Source of the DNA: a virus
Taxonomy: Duplodnaviria > Heunggongvirae > Uroviricota > Caudoviricetes
IMG/VR virus record: IMGVR_UViG_3300021426_000007
Coordinates: 1-64,000 of that record
Reading direction: 5' to 3' (one strand)
Length of the DNA: 64,000 bases
A model generated the notes under the pieces. That model was not told the DNA's origin. It searched no databases and saw only the letters and a program-made list of their open reading frames with translations. Positions 56,701 to 64,000 of the stretch are shown one piece after another. The translations under genes and the position numbers were made by a program. How positions within the stretch are numbered: the first letter of the stretch is position 1; the number at the start of each line of letters is the position of its first letter.

Positions 56701-59700
56701 AAAGGTACCTATCGGGGACGCTTCTTCCGCACAGGAAGCTATTGACTTCATCCGCGCACGGATGGACGATACAGAAGAGACGACCCAGGAAGCAACGGAA
56801 ACTGAGCTTGACAAAGGCCAGCAGTATCTGAACTTCCTCCGCACAATGTCCGAGCAGTCTGGTGAAATGAACGAGGATGACTTCGATGCGATGTTTGGCA
56901 GTGCTACCGACGAGATCCTTCGTGGTATTGTCGGAAGAGAAGCCACAGATGACTTCGAACGTAGAGCTATCGAAGCTGCTCAGAAAGAGATCGATAGACG
57001 CGCAGCAGAAGATAAGGCCATTGCTGAACAGGATAGTGTACAGGAAGAAGTCGCAGAAGAGGCTCCGGCTACTGAGGAAGCAGCTCAGGTGGAGGAACCG
57101 GCGACTGAAGAGAAACCCGCACCGAAGAAACGCGGCAGAAAAAAGAAAGAGCCTGCTGCGGAGAACGGCATACAGACAAAAGAAAATCTTCGCGCCAGCG
57201 AAGAAAAAGGTAGGTTTGTTAACAAGCGGAAATGGACCGACAAGACTACCAGCCCGACTGATGGAGAGACGATTACCCGGACACAGTTTGTGGAGCGTAT
57301 GACGACCACCGGCTGGGACGAACTTGACGACTTCGGCTATCCTACTCACATGACTATGGCGGAAGCTCAGGACATGTTCGACGAGTGGCTGATGGAAGAT
57401 AGAGACGGTGGCGGAGAGACAATGTACAGCATCACTGCTGACGAAGCCTTCGACGCGCTTATGCCTACTCCTATTGAAGAAGAGACTATTGAAACGAAAT
57501 TCAGTATGCTCGACGAGCAGCACAACGAGTGGGCTCCGGTGTTCTACAGTAAGATGCAGAACGTCATCGAAGACTGGACAGCCAATAGCGGCAAGAAGAT
57601 GCCCGAACGCATGGGCGCTGGCAGTGTCGTGTCTTGGCTGAAAGGCAAAGGCGTAAAGGACGAAGAGATCAAGTGGTCCGGTATCGTACCTTACCTTGAA
57701 GGAAAGAAGTCCGTTAGTAGAGACGAGCTGCTTCAGGTCATGACTGAGAACCAGTTCGAGATAGAGACAAAGGTTCTTGGTAATGACTTCCTTGGAATAG
57801 AAATTACTAATCCAATAACAGGAGAAACTTCTCTAGAGTATGACCTCGATGCGGCATATACGCAAGCGCGTTCAATAGCGGATGCCCTTGGCTATAACCA
57901 GGATACAGTTGAATACCGACCGGAAGACGATGTATTTGCTGCGGCCAGATCCTGGGGGGACGAATACGAAGTATTTCTCGATGCCAAGTCTGTGTTTGAT
58001 AGAAGCAGAGAAGGTGAACCGCAGTGGGCGCAGTATACACTCCCTGGCGGAGAGGATTATAGGGAAATCCTGTTTAAAGCCCCGAATTCCGACTACACTA
58101 ATCAAGCGATGAGGAACCATTGGGGGAGAGACGCCAAAGGAATTCTGGCTTTTGCTCGTGTGGATGACAGAGTTACGAAAGACGGCAGTAAAGTTCTTTT
58201 CGTAGAAGAGATTCAAAGCGACTGGCATAACGCCGGAGCGAAGAATGGTTTTGACGCTGGCCGGAGGATATTCGAACTCGAGGGTGAATACACTCGTCTA
58301 AAAGATAGGTGGGAGAGCCTAGATAGGGATATATTCAGAAACAGCCCATACCAACATGAGTTGCGTACGGCTATGAGAAAATTGCTGGATTTCGATAATG
58401 CTCTTCGTATCCGTCGTTTTGTTGATTCTACAAATTCTCCGACTGTTAACTCCGTTTCTAATTGGATAAAGGACGCGTCGTACAAAGTCATACCTGGAGC
58501 AGAAACCACCCCAGAACTTAATAGCTATATATTTGAATTCCTGTCTGATACCGAGAGAGAAGCTATAAATGAGCTTCGCGAAAGATACCAAGAGGTAAAG
58601 CAAGCTAAAGCTGACGCTGATAACTTTTTAAAAGAAAACAAGGTGACAGAAGAGCAGCTTAACAGGGCCAAATTAGAGTTCCCGGACGATGTTCCTTTTG
58701 CCGGTACCTCTGATACCTACCACGAATACGTGATGAAGCACCTGCTCCGTATGGCAGCAGAAGGCAACTACGACAAGATCGGCTGGACCACAGCACAGCA
58801 ACAGTCAGATCGTTGGAGCGATGACTACGCAGAAGGCTACCGTATCGAATACGACCAGAACATCCCGAAGTTCATGCGCAAGTACGGCAAGCAGTGGGGT
58901 GCTACTGTAGGCTCTACTGTTCTGGAGAATGGCGAGGAAGTCTGGAGTGTGGATATCACACCCGAGATGAAGGAAGATGTCCTGTATAAAGGGCAGACTA
59001 AGTTCTCCATTACAAGCGATCTGTATAACGAGTATGGTGTAGACATCGATACTGCTGAAGATTCAGAGCTCGAATCCTTATCTGATCAGATTACTAAAGC
59101 ATACGACGAAGCTAAAAAAGAGCAGGCTGATATCCAAAGCACTTGGAATTCGAACGACTATGCTTCCTTGAGTGCGGATGAATACTGGGCTCGTCATCAT
59201 GAGTGGAGTGAACAGTCCGGTATCGATGCTGTAAAACGGCGCGTCGATAAACTTGGCTCTTATAACCGTGCCATTACAAAAGAAAAAGCCTGGAGAGCGA
59301 TTGACCCCGAGGCTCTTATTCAAAAGGCAAAAGATATCTACGGAACCACTGATGACTTCCGGAAATCTGGATACATCCTACCGGATGGAACGATGTTGGA
59401 TATGTCTCAGGGGGCCAACAAGCGGACTCTGTTCCACCATGAGACCGCGCAAGAAGTTCTGTTCGCTTTGAAATATCCGGCTTCAGACGCAATTGAAAAA
59501 TTCGTAGGTCGTGGTGGGGCCATCAGAATCGATGTAGACTCCGATGGTATTGATATTCCGCAAAGTGGTATGACCCCGGCTCAGTACGAAACCCTGCGCG
59601 ACTTTCTTTCTGACTTCATAGCTACTGAAGACTACGATAGAGCAGCATTCTATGTATCTACTTTTGGTAAGAACATAGGAACGTCAGAGAGATTTAATCC

Positions 59701-62700
59701 TTCCAATACCACACAGATCTTAAACGCAATCCGCCAGTACTATGATACTGGGTCTTTCCCGAAGCAATCAACAACACAACAGTTCTACGGCAGGTTCAGC
59801 ATGGTTGATACCGAGGCTGTAACACTGGATGAACTTCAGACGGCTCGTGATGAGATGCTTGATCTGCGTCAGCAGCTCAGAGATCGTAAGGCTGATGTCG
59901 ATGAGTGGAGCCGTAGAATTATGGCTGGTGAAGCTGAGATCGACGACTACAATAGGTGGCTGTCCGATAGCGGTTACAACAGACTCTACATGCAGGAACG
60001 TGAGGCAAGCAAACGGTATAACGACCTCAACCGCGCTTATGACGAGCAGCAGGAGAGAGCGAATGCCGAAGCCGAGCAGAATGCAATAGAGCAGTCCGGC
60101 TTATCTGAAGCAGATTACTTTGGCAAAGAAGCCGTAAAGGTATTCGGTTATACACCGTACTTCTACGACGCTGGGTACATTACTCCGAACGGACGGATGC
60201 TGAACTTCTCTGGTGAGAAGGGTAAGCACTATGGCTCTCGTGGTCAGGATCATCGGAGCATAGGCCAGATCTTTGCAGTGACTTCCGGCACAGAAGCCAT
60301 GAATAGGTTTATCAACTACGGTAATATCCGTATTATGGCAGAGGCTCCAGGTTTGGATATCAGCGCGGATATCGAGCCGACAGCAGAGCAGTACTCCAGG
60401 ATCCGTGACTTCGCAAGGAGCGCACGAGATGAGGACTACTTCAGCATCGATATCACGGACGAGGATGGTAGGGTCATTGATACAATCGAGTACGATAGCG
60501 TCAACCCGACGAAGATAGTAAATGACCTGAAGAACTATTACCGTACTGGCGAAGTTCCGCAGCAGTCTATAACAGAGCAGTTCCATAGTAAATATGCTAT
60601 TCTGCATGACGTGGTAGATGAAAATGGGCGGACCTACGACAATGTCGTAATGGTTGACAAGACCTTGCCTAGTAGTATCATCGACAATAACAGGGAGTTC
60701 AATAAATTTGTTAAGGCTAATTTCGCGGGCCTTACCCTTGGAACGGTTGATGACTATGGTATACCAGAGACAATTCAGTTCGCCAGCAAGAGGGACAGAG
60801 TACGCAGAAACGGTAATTCTAGAAATGCGATTACAGAACTGGCCTATGGGCGTGGACGCGACAGAACCGTCCGTCTCGTGTACCTTAACGCAGACGAGAT
60901 TGTACAGACGTCAACTTTCTGGAACTATTCAGAGCAGAACCCAAATCCGAACGAGAACCATCAGGGCTTTGATCAGAACGGCTGGGAATACAGGCGAGCA
61001 TATCTTCTCTCAGGCAATACCATCTACCCTGTAACGTTGAACATTGCCCAGACAGACGATGGGCGCAGTGTTCTTTACTTCGCACGGGTAGAAAAAAATA
61101 AAGCCGTTGGTGTCGAATACGAGGCCACAAGCAGGAATAATCCTGGAGTGGACCTCAACAGAGCTCCAGAAGTACTGGGCTCTATCAACACCTCAACGGC
61201 TGAGTCTATTATAGATGAGGCCGACGAAGATGTCAAGTCGCAAGATGTGGACGAAGAACCGCTTCTCGACGACTATGATACGGATGTTAAGTACTCTATT
61301 GCTGTCTCCGATCCCGATACACTGGCTTTCCTTAATGACCAACTGGAAAGCGGCGAGGTAACTCATACATACAAAACTTTCCTTGAAATTGTTGATGAGG
61401 ACGGCAATGTAAATCTTTACCCGCCAATGGCCTCCATGCAGAAGGTCGAAGTACAAACAAAGAGCGGTAAGACCAAGACCCAGAAGCAAATGGCCAATGC
61501 TATGCACGTCGGCGTCTGGGAAGAGTCTGTTGGTAATCCGAACTCGAAAAATATTATCCCGGATGTGTACGATAAGGGCCCGAATAAGGGCGAGCAGAAA
61601 GTAGACGAGCACGGTAATAAAAAATGGCAGTATAAACTTCAGAAAGAAGATCCGGATCTTTCAGATGTGAATGCGGCCTATGATCCATATCAGCACTCGA
61701 GCAATGTCGTTTTGAATGATCAGTTTGAGTCAGCATGGAAGCGCCCTGGGCTAGTAACTTACGAATGTGTTATTCCAAACAGCGAATTAACAAGCGACTA
61801 TTGGTACGGAGTAACAGATCCTGACAGGGCAAGAAGGGCCGACGGAGAAGTGATAACTGCGGCTTTACCAGTTGGCATGCATGAGTGGCACAAAGGCGTT
61901 ATTGCGGGAGGGCTAAAAAATACAGACCGTCAGGTCTATATGACCAGATGGCTTATGCCAATCCGAAGAATGGACAACAGCGAAGTCGCGAGGATGTACA
62001 AGGAAATTCTTGATGCTGAGTCTGAACCGATCTCTGTTCCGTATAATGTCGTGCCGCCCGGGTTGCAAGAAGAGCTGGAAAAGATTGGCGTTCCTATTAA
62101 CTACGAAGGCACTGCTGGGTTTCAATCTCTCCGTGGAAGATATGGCGAAGAGGATTATCCAATAGGAAAAAGAATCGCGGAAGAGTCAGATACAAGGTTC
62201 TCTGCTCTGTCTATTGACCCGGCTTCCACTTACGACGCATTCGGTGATGAAGTTGAAGTTTCCAACATCAACCCGACAGTTACACAGTCCATGCTCTCTG
62301 ATCAGCTCTTCTACTCCGAAGACGGTAATACGGCGTATTACCAGCTCGACACTGGCGAAACCGTAGTATTAGATAATGTAGGAGAAGACTCTCCCGAAGC
62401 ACGATACATTAATTACTTGGAGGCAATGAACAATGCCAACAGTTCTAACAATACCACAGCGCAACCTTATACAATACCTCCTGCAACTCGGAATGCCTCT
62501 GATGGATATAATCTCGGTGAATCGAATGATGGCTTACGACGAGGAACGGAAGAAGTTCCTGCGCCGGATCAAGAAGGAGCACTTCGACGCACAGGAAGCA
62601 CTACAGAACGCAATGGCCAGAGTGAACCGCAGAGTAAGGAGACGGAAGGTGTAGACAGCAAGTTCGCAGTTTCTGTCAGCGAGGTCTTTGAAAACGACAA

Positions 62701-64000
62701 AGGCGATCCGGACAGAAATATCTACGACGAAGACGGTAACTTAATTACCACTGCCAGCACATACCCGCTTGGCTCTGACGAGCTGTTCTTCTTCGACGCA
62801 ATGGAACGCGGCGACTTCTCTGATATGGAAAAGCTTGTCCAGGAATACCGGGATAAAGGCTACACCGTCAGCGAGTCTACCTTCGATCTGTTGTCCAGAA
62901 TGGTTGAACAGAACGACAACATGACTCCGGAACAGCAGGAAGCTATGCAGAGAGCTGTTGGCGAAGCCAGAGCGAAGTACGGAACACTCAGAGGCAACGA
63001 CGTCGGTAAAGTGGAAAGCACTATTCCGGCAAGGACTAACGCGGATACCAAGACCAGAAGACACGTCGGAACGGTAGCTATCAATACCAACCAGGCGATG
63101 AACGATGCTCTTACCAACGAGACCATGGTGAATGAGATCCTCGGTTATACACCGCAGTCGAATCCTGAAACCCTCGAAAAAGCAAGAGCACTTCTCCGGT
63201 CTCAGTATGACGGCGATATCGATAAGGCTATCAACCACATCGCAGACCTGGTGAACAGCGGCACGATGCCGACAGCAGCTGACGTAGCACTGGCAGAGAT
63301 CGTTATCACCGAGCTGGCAAATGACGCGAGCGACCCGCTTCGCCTGAACAAGGCAGTTAAGGTCACCGCAGATCTGGCAGTACTCGGAACGAACTTAGGC
63401 CAGGCTGTACAGGCAATGTCCCTTATTCGGAAGCTTACTCCACGCGGACAGATGTATTATCTGAACGGTGTCGTTAAGCAACTGAATAGACAATACGCTA
63501 CCCAGATCCGGAATGGTAAGATGCAACCCGTTCGTATAAACGACGCGCTTCTTGCCCAGCTCTTCGCAGCTACCGATAGGGAAGGGATCAACACGGCTAT
63601 AGAGGCTATAAAAGACAACCTTGCTGAGCAGATCCCGGTAACTCTGTGGGATAGATGGAATGCCTGGAGATATCTCGCTATGCTGGGCAATCCCAGAACC
63701 CACATCCGTAACCTTCTTGGTAACGCTGCCTTTGCGCCTGCTGTATTTATGAAGGACATGATCCTGAGGCAGTTACAGCAGAACACCAAATGGGTAGATC
63801 CGAGTGCCAGAACAATGGGCAAGGCGGATCTCTCCGGATGGCTTAATAAGAAAGGTAGTTCGAACCCGTATGTAGACTATGCGATTAAGGACTTCGGCCT
63901 GATGTCCGATGTGGCGAAGGGAAAGAAAGTCGGGAACAAGTACGCAGATATCAACGACATTCTCAGCAGACGTAAGATGTTCCCACTCGAAGGACTTAAC
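50723..64000 (+). CDS. giant multidomain protein, at least 4,426 codons, 3' end beyond window (candidate virion-packaged polyvalent/injected protein)
   Basis: AAAGGAGAG RBS + ATG 50723. No stop in this frame to position 64000: the ORF track lists no frame-2 plus-strand ORF after 50707, and manual translation is continuous. Includes HExxH (FRHELMH 55691-55711), AT-hook-like PKKRGRKKK (~57122), acidic TEE repeats (~56380-56520), duplicated GYI-P-G-ML-S-G segment (~59369 and ~60173). Confidence 0.75.
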   Translation, partial: MANTKKPDENQVTQTDLASILAPPSWSQAAETWTPKTNEEIKTIVSEAEQKGQIARNDSGAFEATPKLQEEADIIRERNRENDISSILASAPTPKDTLSIAKAYQDSGRDINTAKEELKSVTQKAEERASNTSDIKRQNKTFERDKTAWRDTEGTTGSKRNEVNKDDGSYHWEGHVDEDGNWVSGLAEWAQDNEGRIFSEIDAYDTNDGKTFLTEEEIQAHQQETANLYYDCGELAEYTQKVVDDLKAKYATASDADKEALDAEIKRHESNIETYKGWQNAAKEIYDGWSSRNDYFDSMDDNKKKNVNDPAQYKSYGGDTPENIQKAIDNYEYAIKQQQDYIDTNAGYVTDPMSEATIGAEIDKRRADIVEYKARRDELLDNLALAEAHKLELEQQNADLELRRKYALITGQDESGKNSVIHAPKADDWKSISVELNTQLSNAIKAGNEAEVASLTNELRFVDQQFEEFTKSDLQQKYISVSDEELDKAIAKFTSATEEKQGKEAGNQEKASTVPVRTADDIKAEIAKLHPEKDRDKYTALVNELNSLGNPSDTVTEVATTEETPAEEKELTDAEKWELDILLQEKERREMEKLFQTEYVAKYDDQAALKWYEEATAKKDAALNDLYKALNSANPQAGRIRAANLEGIADDAAKEAAYARIKYEESLLSSPSINTDVAKGMALAPSIGDLQTAFGSIVPSDKGGARNRGILAGLNITGEDADSIISMLNSIGVSAKDFVPRVEETTEGENPTSIYARGKTARNWTQSELDIYYSLWAKEGAAAAAKYAFEVNSVIGRNYHDQILKTMIDVKTYDAEHRTGEFVTEALLAPWVTNPLNITALADFAATTSQVRRIGTAMTSPTSFTPSELGNMLTTAHSTAIQETATYPQLASLLYNSYNSAVGSVESAAIGNAIGSGLSAALGLGPDALAVTLGSKTFHLKDNAAQAIARSYTQLSFFGSAAARSYDDFIKRGVEPGKAWGAALAAGMAEAFFEDFSFDKVYDAIKTGHIIDTAGAFWGNLAASSGIEMSEEVFTEMSNFITENMILDKNSSFWVAVNNYHGYGGMSYAEALKQALKDESEEIGMAAASAIISSMGSVGIPSGISYVEFQKQTAQQAKTLGERIVNGTETAKDLGKKLGEFYSTFTLVEAGQENTLTKGQKQDLDTLHGLAEKAKEGTATAEELGQLALLAKRLDKGSYYAFVRDNKDAWNYISNGDASAAQIDYLASLIGEENVNKFIQASLENPDAFIADDFVAGLREATGVTTEEALKIENALGLVVAGTKTRSEAQIRKALNEAFKSDAAKTYALNYISDKVQQFNQQKGTRQYTLASANSESAISPWLYTVNSETVTSDFEQTMVNVWSGVQRANETLNLANQARALEQFNAKKSATSESVIRQARTQTDGIENFRDDSDMVRLNGKEYIRKDFLESIGKGINPITGESFKNGTPTQDQANIYFDNLLRNALTNDAFINIVDASGTMKNYDAWQESLNTGDIENGRASVRVSENAGRNETAGQSRVGGPVAGSETGGVGTAQPVHTEGSGEAGGSAQEVKLATFDKNGEHDITIKGEITLDTAGMTEEEVEALDNLDSGLKVAITQAMAAGVDRIMIVNGSMTNSNGRVIDGFFGNTKVEGKRKYTIVVSSTGDQAGLTSTFRHELMHRLISGMNAKTKRAFLNTILETAFAGRSELYETIFDIYVKYAYGREYGAANIKDGILSLNKEIVEDIDEEMVCDLFGGIMTWARRSQDSAIGEFYREAYNRIERLVADTGLFDYVRSNWGKSERNQKGTLDISEFKGTQANAFGKRWNGRKVEIPYSRTEISRLMSELRKDFRHMSDEEFAKFEQRVNGMETQPGTRQNQLYTAAAMEIIAEHERRAAESRTEEPTDTQTEEETTEAAEETAETTEETTEATEETEEVPEEKPAERLANNNMTAETDEDFDAIRNTLMKLKNKESFYFNYKDRQFVITVDESTDWGSVYKIALTNNGQLWIKVPIGDASSAQEAIDFIRARMDDTEETTQEATETELDKGQQYLNFLRTMSEQSGEMNEDDFDAMFGSATDEILRGIVGREATDDFERRAIEAAQKEIDRRAAEDKAIAEQDSVQEEVAEEAPATEEAAQVEEPATEEKPAPKKRGRKKKEPAAENGIQTKENLRASEEKGRFVNKRKWTDKTTSPTDGETITRTQFVERMTTTGWDELDDFGYPTHMTMAEAQDMFDEWLMEDRDGGGETMYSITADEAFDALMPTPIEEETIETKFSMLDEQHNEWAPVFYSKMQNVIEDWTANSGKKMPERMGAGSVVSWLKGKGVKDEEIKWSGIVPYLEGKKSVSRDELLQVMTENQFEIETKVLGNDFLGIEITNPITGETSLEYDLDAAYTQARSIADALGYNQDTVEYRPEDDVFAAARSWGDEYEVFLDAKSVFDRSREGEPQWAQYTLPGGEDYREILFKAPNSDYTNQAMRNHWGRDAKGILAFARVDDRVTKDGSKVLFVEEIQSDWHNAGAKNGFDAGRRIFELEGEYTRLKDRWESLDRDIFRNSPYQHELRTAMRKLLDFDNALRIRRFVDSTNSPTVNSVSNWIKDASYKVIPGAETTPELNSYIFEFLSDTEREAINELRERYQEVKQAKADADNFLKENKVTEEQLNRAKLEFPDDVPFAGTSDTYHEYVMKHLLRMAAEGNYDKIGWTTAQQQSDRWSDDYAEGYRIEYDQNIPKFMRKYGKQWGATVGSTVLENGEEVWSVDITPEMKEDVLYKGQTKFSITSDLYNEYGVDIDTAEDSELESLSDQITKAYDEAKKEQADIQSTWNSNDYASLSADEYWARHHEWSEQSGIDAVKRRVDKLGSYNRAITKEKAWRAIDPEALIQKAKDIYGTTDDFRKSGYILPDGTMLDMSQGANKRTLFHHETAQEVLFALKYPASDAIEKFVGRGGAIRIDVDSDGIDIPQSGMTPAQYETLRDFLSDFIATEDYDRAAFYVSTFGKNIGTSERFNPSNTTQILNAIRQYYDTGSFPKQSTTQQFYGRFSMVDTEAVTLDELQTARDEMLDLRQQLRDRKADVDEWSRRIMAGEAEIDDYNRWLSDSGYNRLYMQEREASKRYNDLNRAYDEQQERANAEAEQNAIEQSGLSEADYFGKEAVKVFGYTPYFYDAGYITPNGRMLNFSGEKGKHYGSRGQDHRSIGQIFAVTSGTEAMNRFINYGNIRIMAEAPGLDISADIEPTAEQYSRIRDFARSARDEDYFSIDITDEDGRVIDTIEYDSVNPTKIVNDLKNYYRTGEVPQQSITEQFHSKYAILHDVVDENGRTYDNVVMVDKTLPSSIIDNNREFNKFVKANFAGLTLGTVDDYGIPETIQFASKRDRVRRNGNSRNAITELAYGRGRDRTVRLVYLNADEIVQTSTFWNYSEQNPNPNENHQGFDQNGWEYRRAYLLSGNTIYPVTLNIAQTDDGRSVLYFARVEKNKAVGVEYEATSRNNPGVDLNRAPEVLGSINTSTAESIIDEADEDVKSQDVDEEPLLDDYDTDVKYSIAVSDPDTLAFLNDQLESGEVTHTYKTFLEIVDEDGNVNLYPPMASMQKVEVQTKSGKTKTQKQMANAMHVGVWEESVGNPNSKNIIPDVYDKGPNKGEQKVDEHGNKKWQYKLQKEDPDLSDVNAAYDPYQHSSNVVLNDQFESAWKRPGLVTYECVIPNSELTSDYWYGVTDPDRARRADGEVITAALPVGMHEWHKGVIAGGLKNTDRQVYMTRWLMPIRRMDNSEVARMYKEILDAESEPISVPYNVVPPGLQEELEKIGVPINYEGTAGFQSLRGRYGEEDYPIGKRIAEESDTRFSALSIDPASTYDAFGDEVEVSNINPTVTQSMLSDQLFYSEDGNTAYYQLDTGETVVLDNVGEDSPEARYINYLEAMNNANSSNNTTAQPYTIPPATRNASDGYNLGESNDGLRRGTEEVPAPDQEGALRRTGSTTERNGQSEPQSKETEGVDSKFAVSVSEVFENDKGDPDRNIYDEDGNLITTASTYPLGSDELFFFDAMERGDFSDMEKLVQEYRDKGYTVSESTFDLLSRMVEQNDNMTPEQQEAMQRAVGEARAKYGTLRGNDVGKVESTIPARTNADTKTRRHVGTVAINTNQAMNDALTNETMVNEILGYTPQSNPETLEKARALLRSQYDGDIDKAINHIADLVNSGTMPTAADVALAEIVITELANDASDPLRLNKAVKVTADLAVLGTNLGQAVQAMSLIRKLTPRGQMYYLNGVVKQLNRQYATQIRNGKMQPVRINDALLAQLFAATDREGINTAIEAIKDNLAEQIPVTLWDRWNAWRYLAMLGNPRTHIRNLLGNAAFAPAVFMKDMILRQLQQNTKWVDPSARTMGKADLSGWLNKKGSSNPYVDYAIKDFGLMSDVAKGKKVGNKYADINDILSRRKMFPLEGLN

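Noticed and set aside
50752-63822. Numerous minus-strand and off-frame plus-strand ORFs (e.g. 55883..57523, 546 aa; 54011..54703; 51458..52039) inside the giant gene region
   Set aside because: They lie antisense or out of frame to a continuous >13-kb plus-strand frame with its own RBS. They have serine/leucine-rich low-complexity translations typical of shadow ORFs and no RBSs.

Overview
This window is about 64 kb of a tailed dsDNA phage or prophage from a low-GC Gram-positive host. Nearly every gene start has an AGGAGG-type RBS and the GC content is roughly 48-52%. Layout: (i) 1-13.1 kb, minus strand, a replication and nucleic-acid module: SNF2-type helicase, family A DNA polymerase with 3'-5' exonuclease, a SprT-like HExxH protein, a cluster of at least four tRNAs, a DUF2815-like SSB, a Cas4/RecB-like PD-(D/E)xK exonuclease, a KxDG RNA ligase and an SPFH/band-7 protein. 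(ii) 12.8-15.5 kb, a lysis/lysogeny-type switch: divergent XRE repressor/Cro-like genes around a sigma70-like promoter with inverted-repeat operators, plus an XRE + ImmA/IrrE pair. (iii) 15.67-16.11 kb, an array of about 16 copies of a 9-bp GGTCGACAC iteron with an embedded AT-rich stretch, directly upstream of a VRR-NUC gene. (iv) 16.4-23.0 kb, a minus-strand block of about 22 small early genes with a stereotyped stop-RBS-start junction. (v) 23.0-24.6 kb, a 1.5-kb noncoding divergent control region with several palindromes and a family of GC-rich terminator hairpins. (vi) 24.6-50.7 kb, plus strand, the late genes: putative TerS, TerL, portal, scaffold, a P22-coat-like major capsid gene apparently split by a group I intron carrying a GIY-YIG/NUMOD3 homing endonuclease, two tail-fibre/small-protein cassettes, a C1q-like protein, an MBG-repeat protein, an NlpC/P60 endolysin, holin-like genes and an 812-aa Gly-rich/coiled-coil protein. 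(vii) 50,723 to the window end, one uninterrupted ORF of at least 4,426 codons that is still open at position 64,000. It carries an HExxH motif, an AT-hook-like KKRGRKKK, acidic TEE repeats and internal duplications. It is a candidate virion-packaged polyvalent or injected protein and is the most unusual object in the window.
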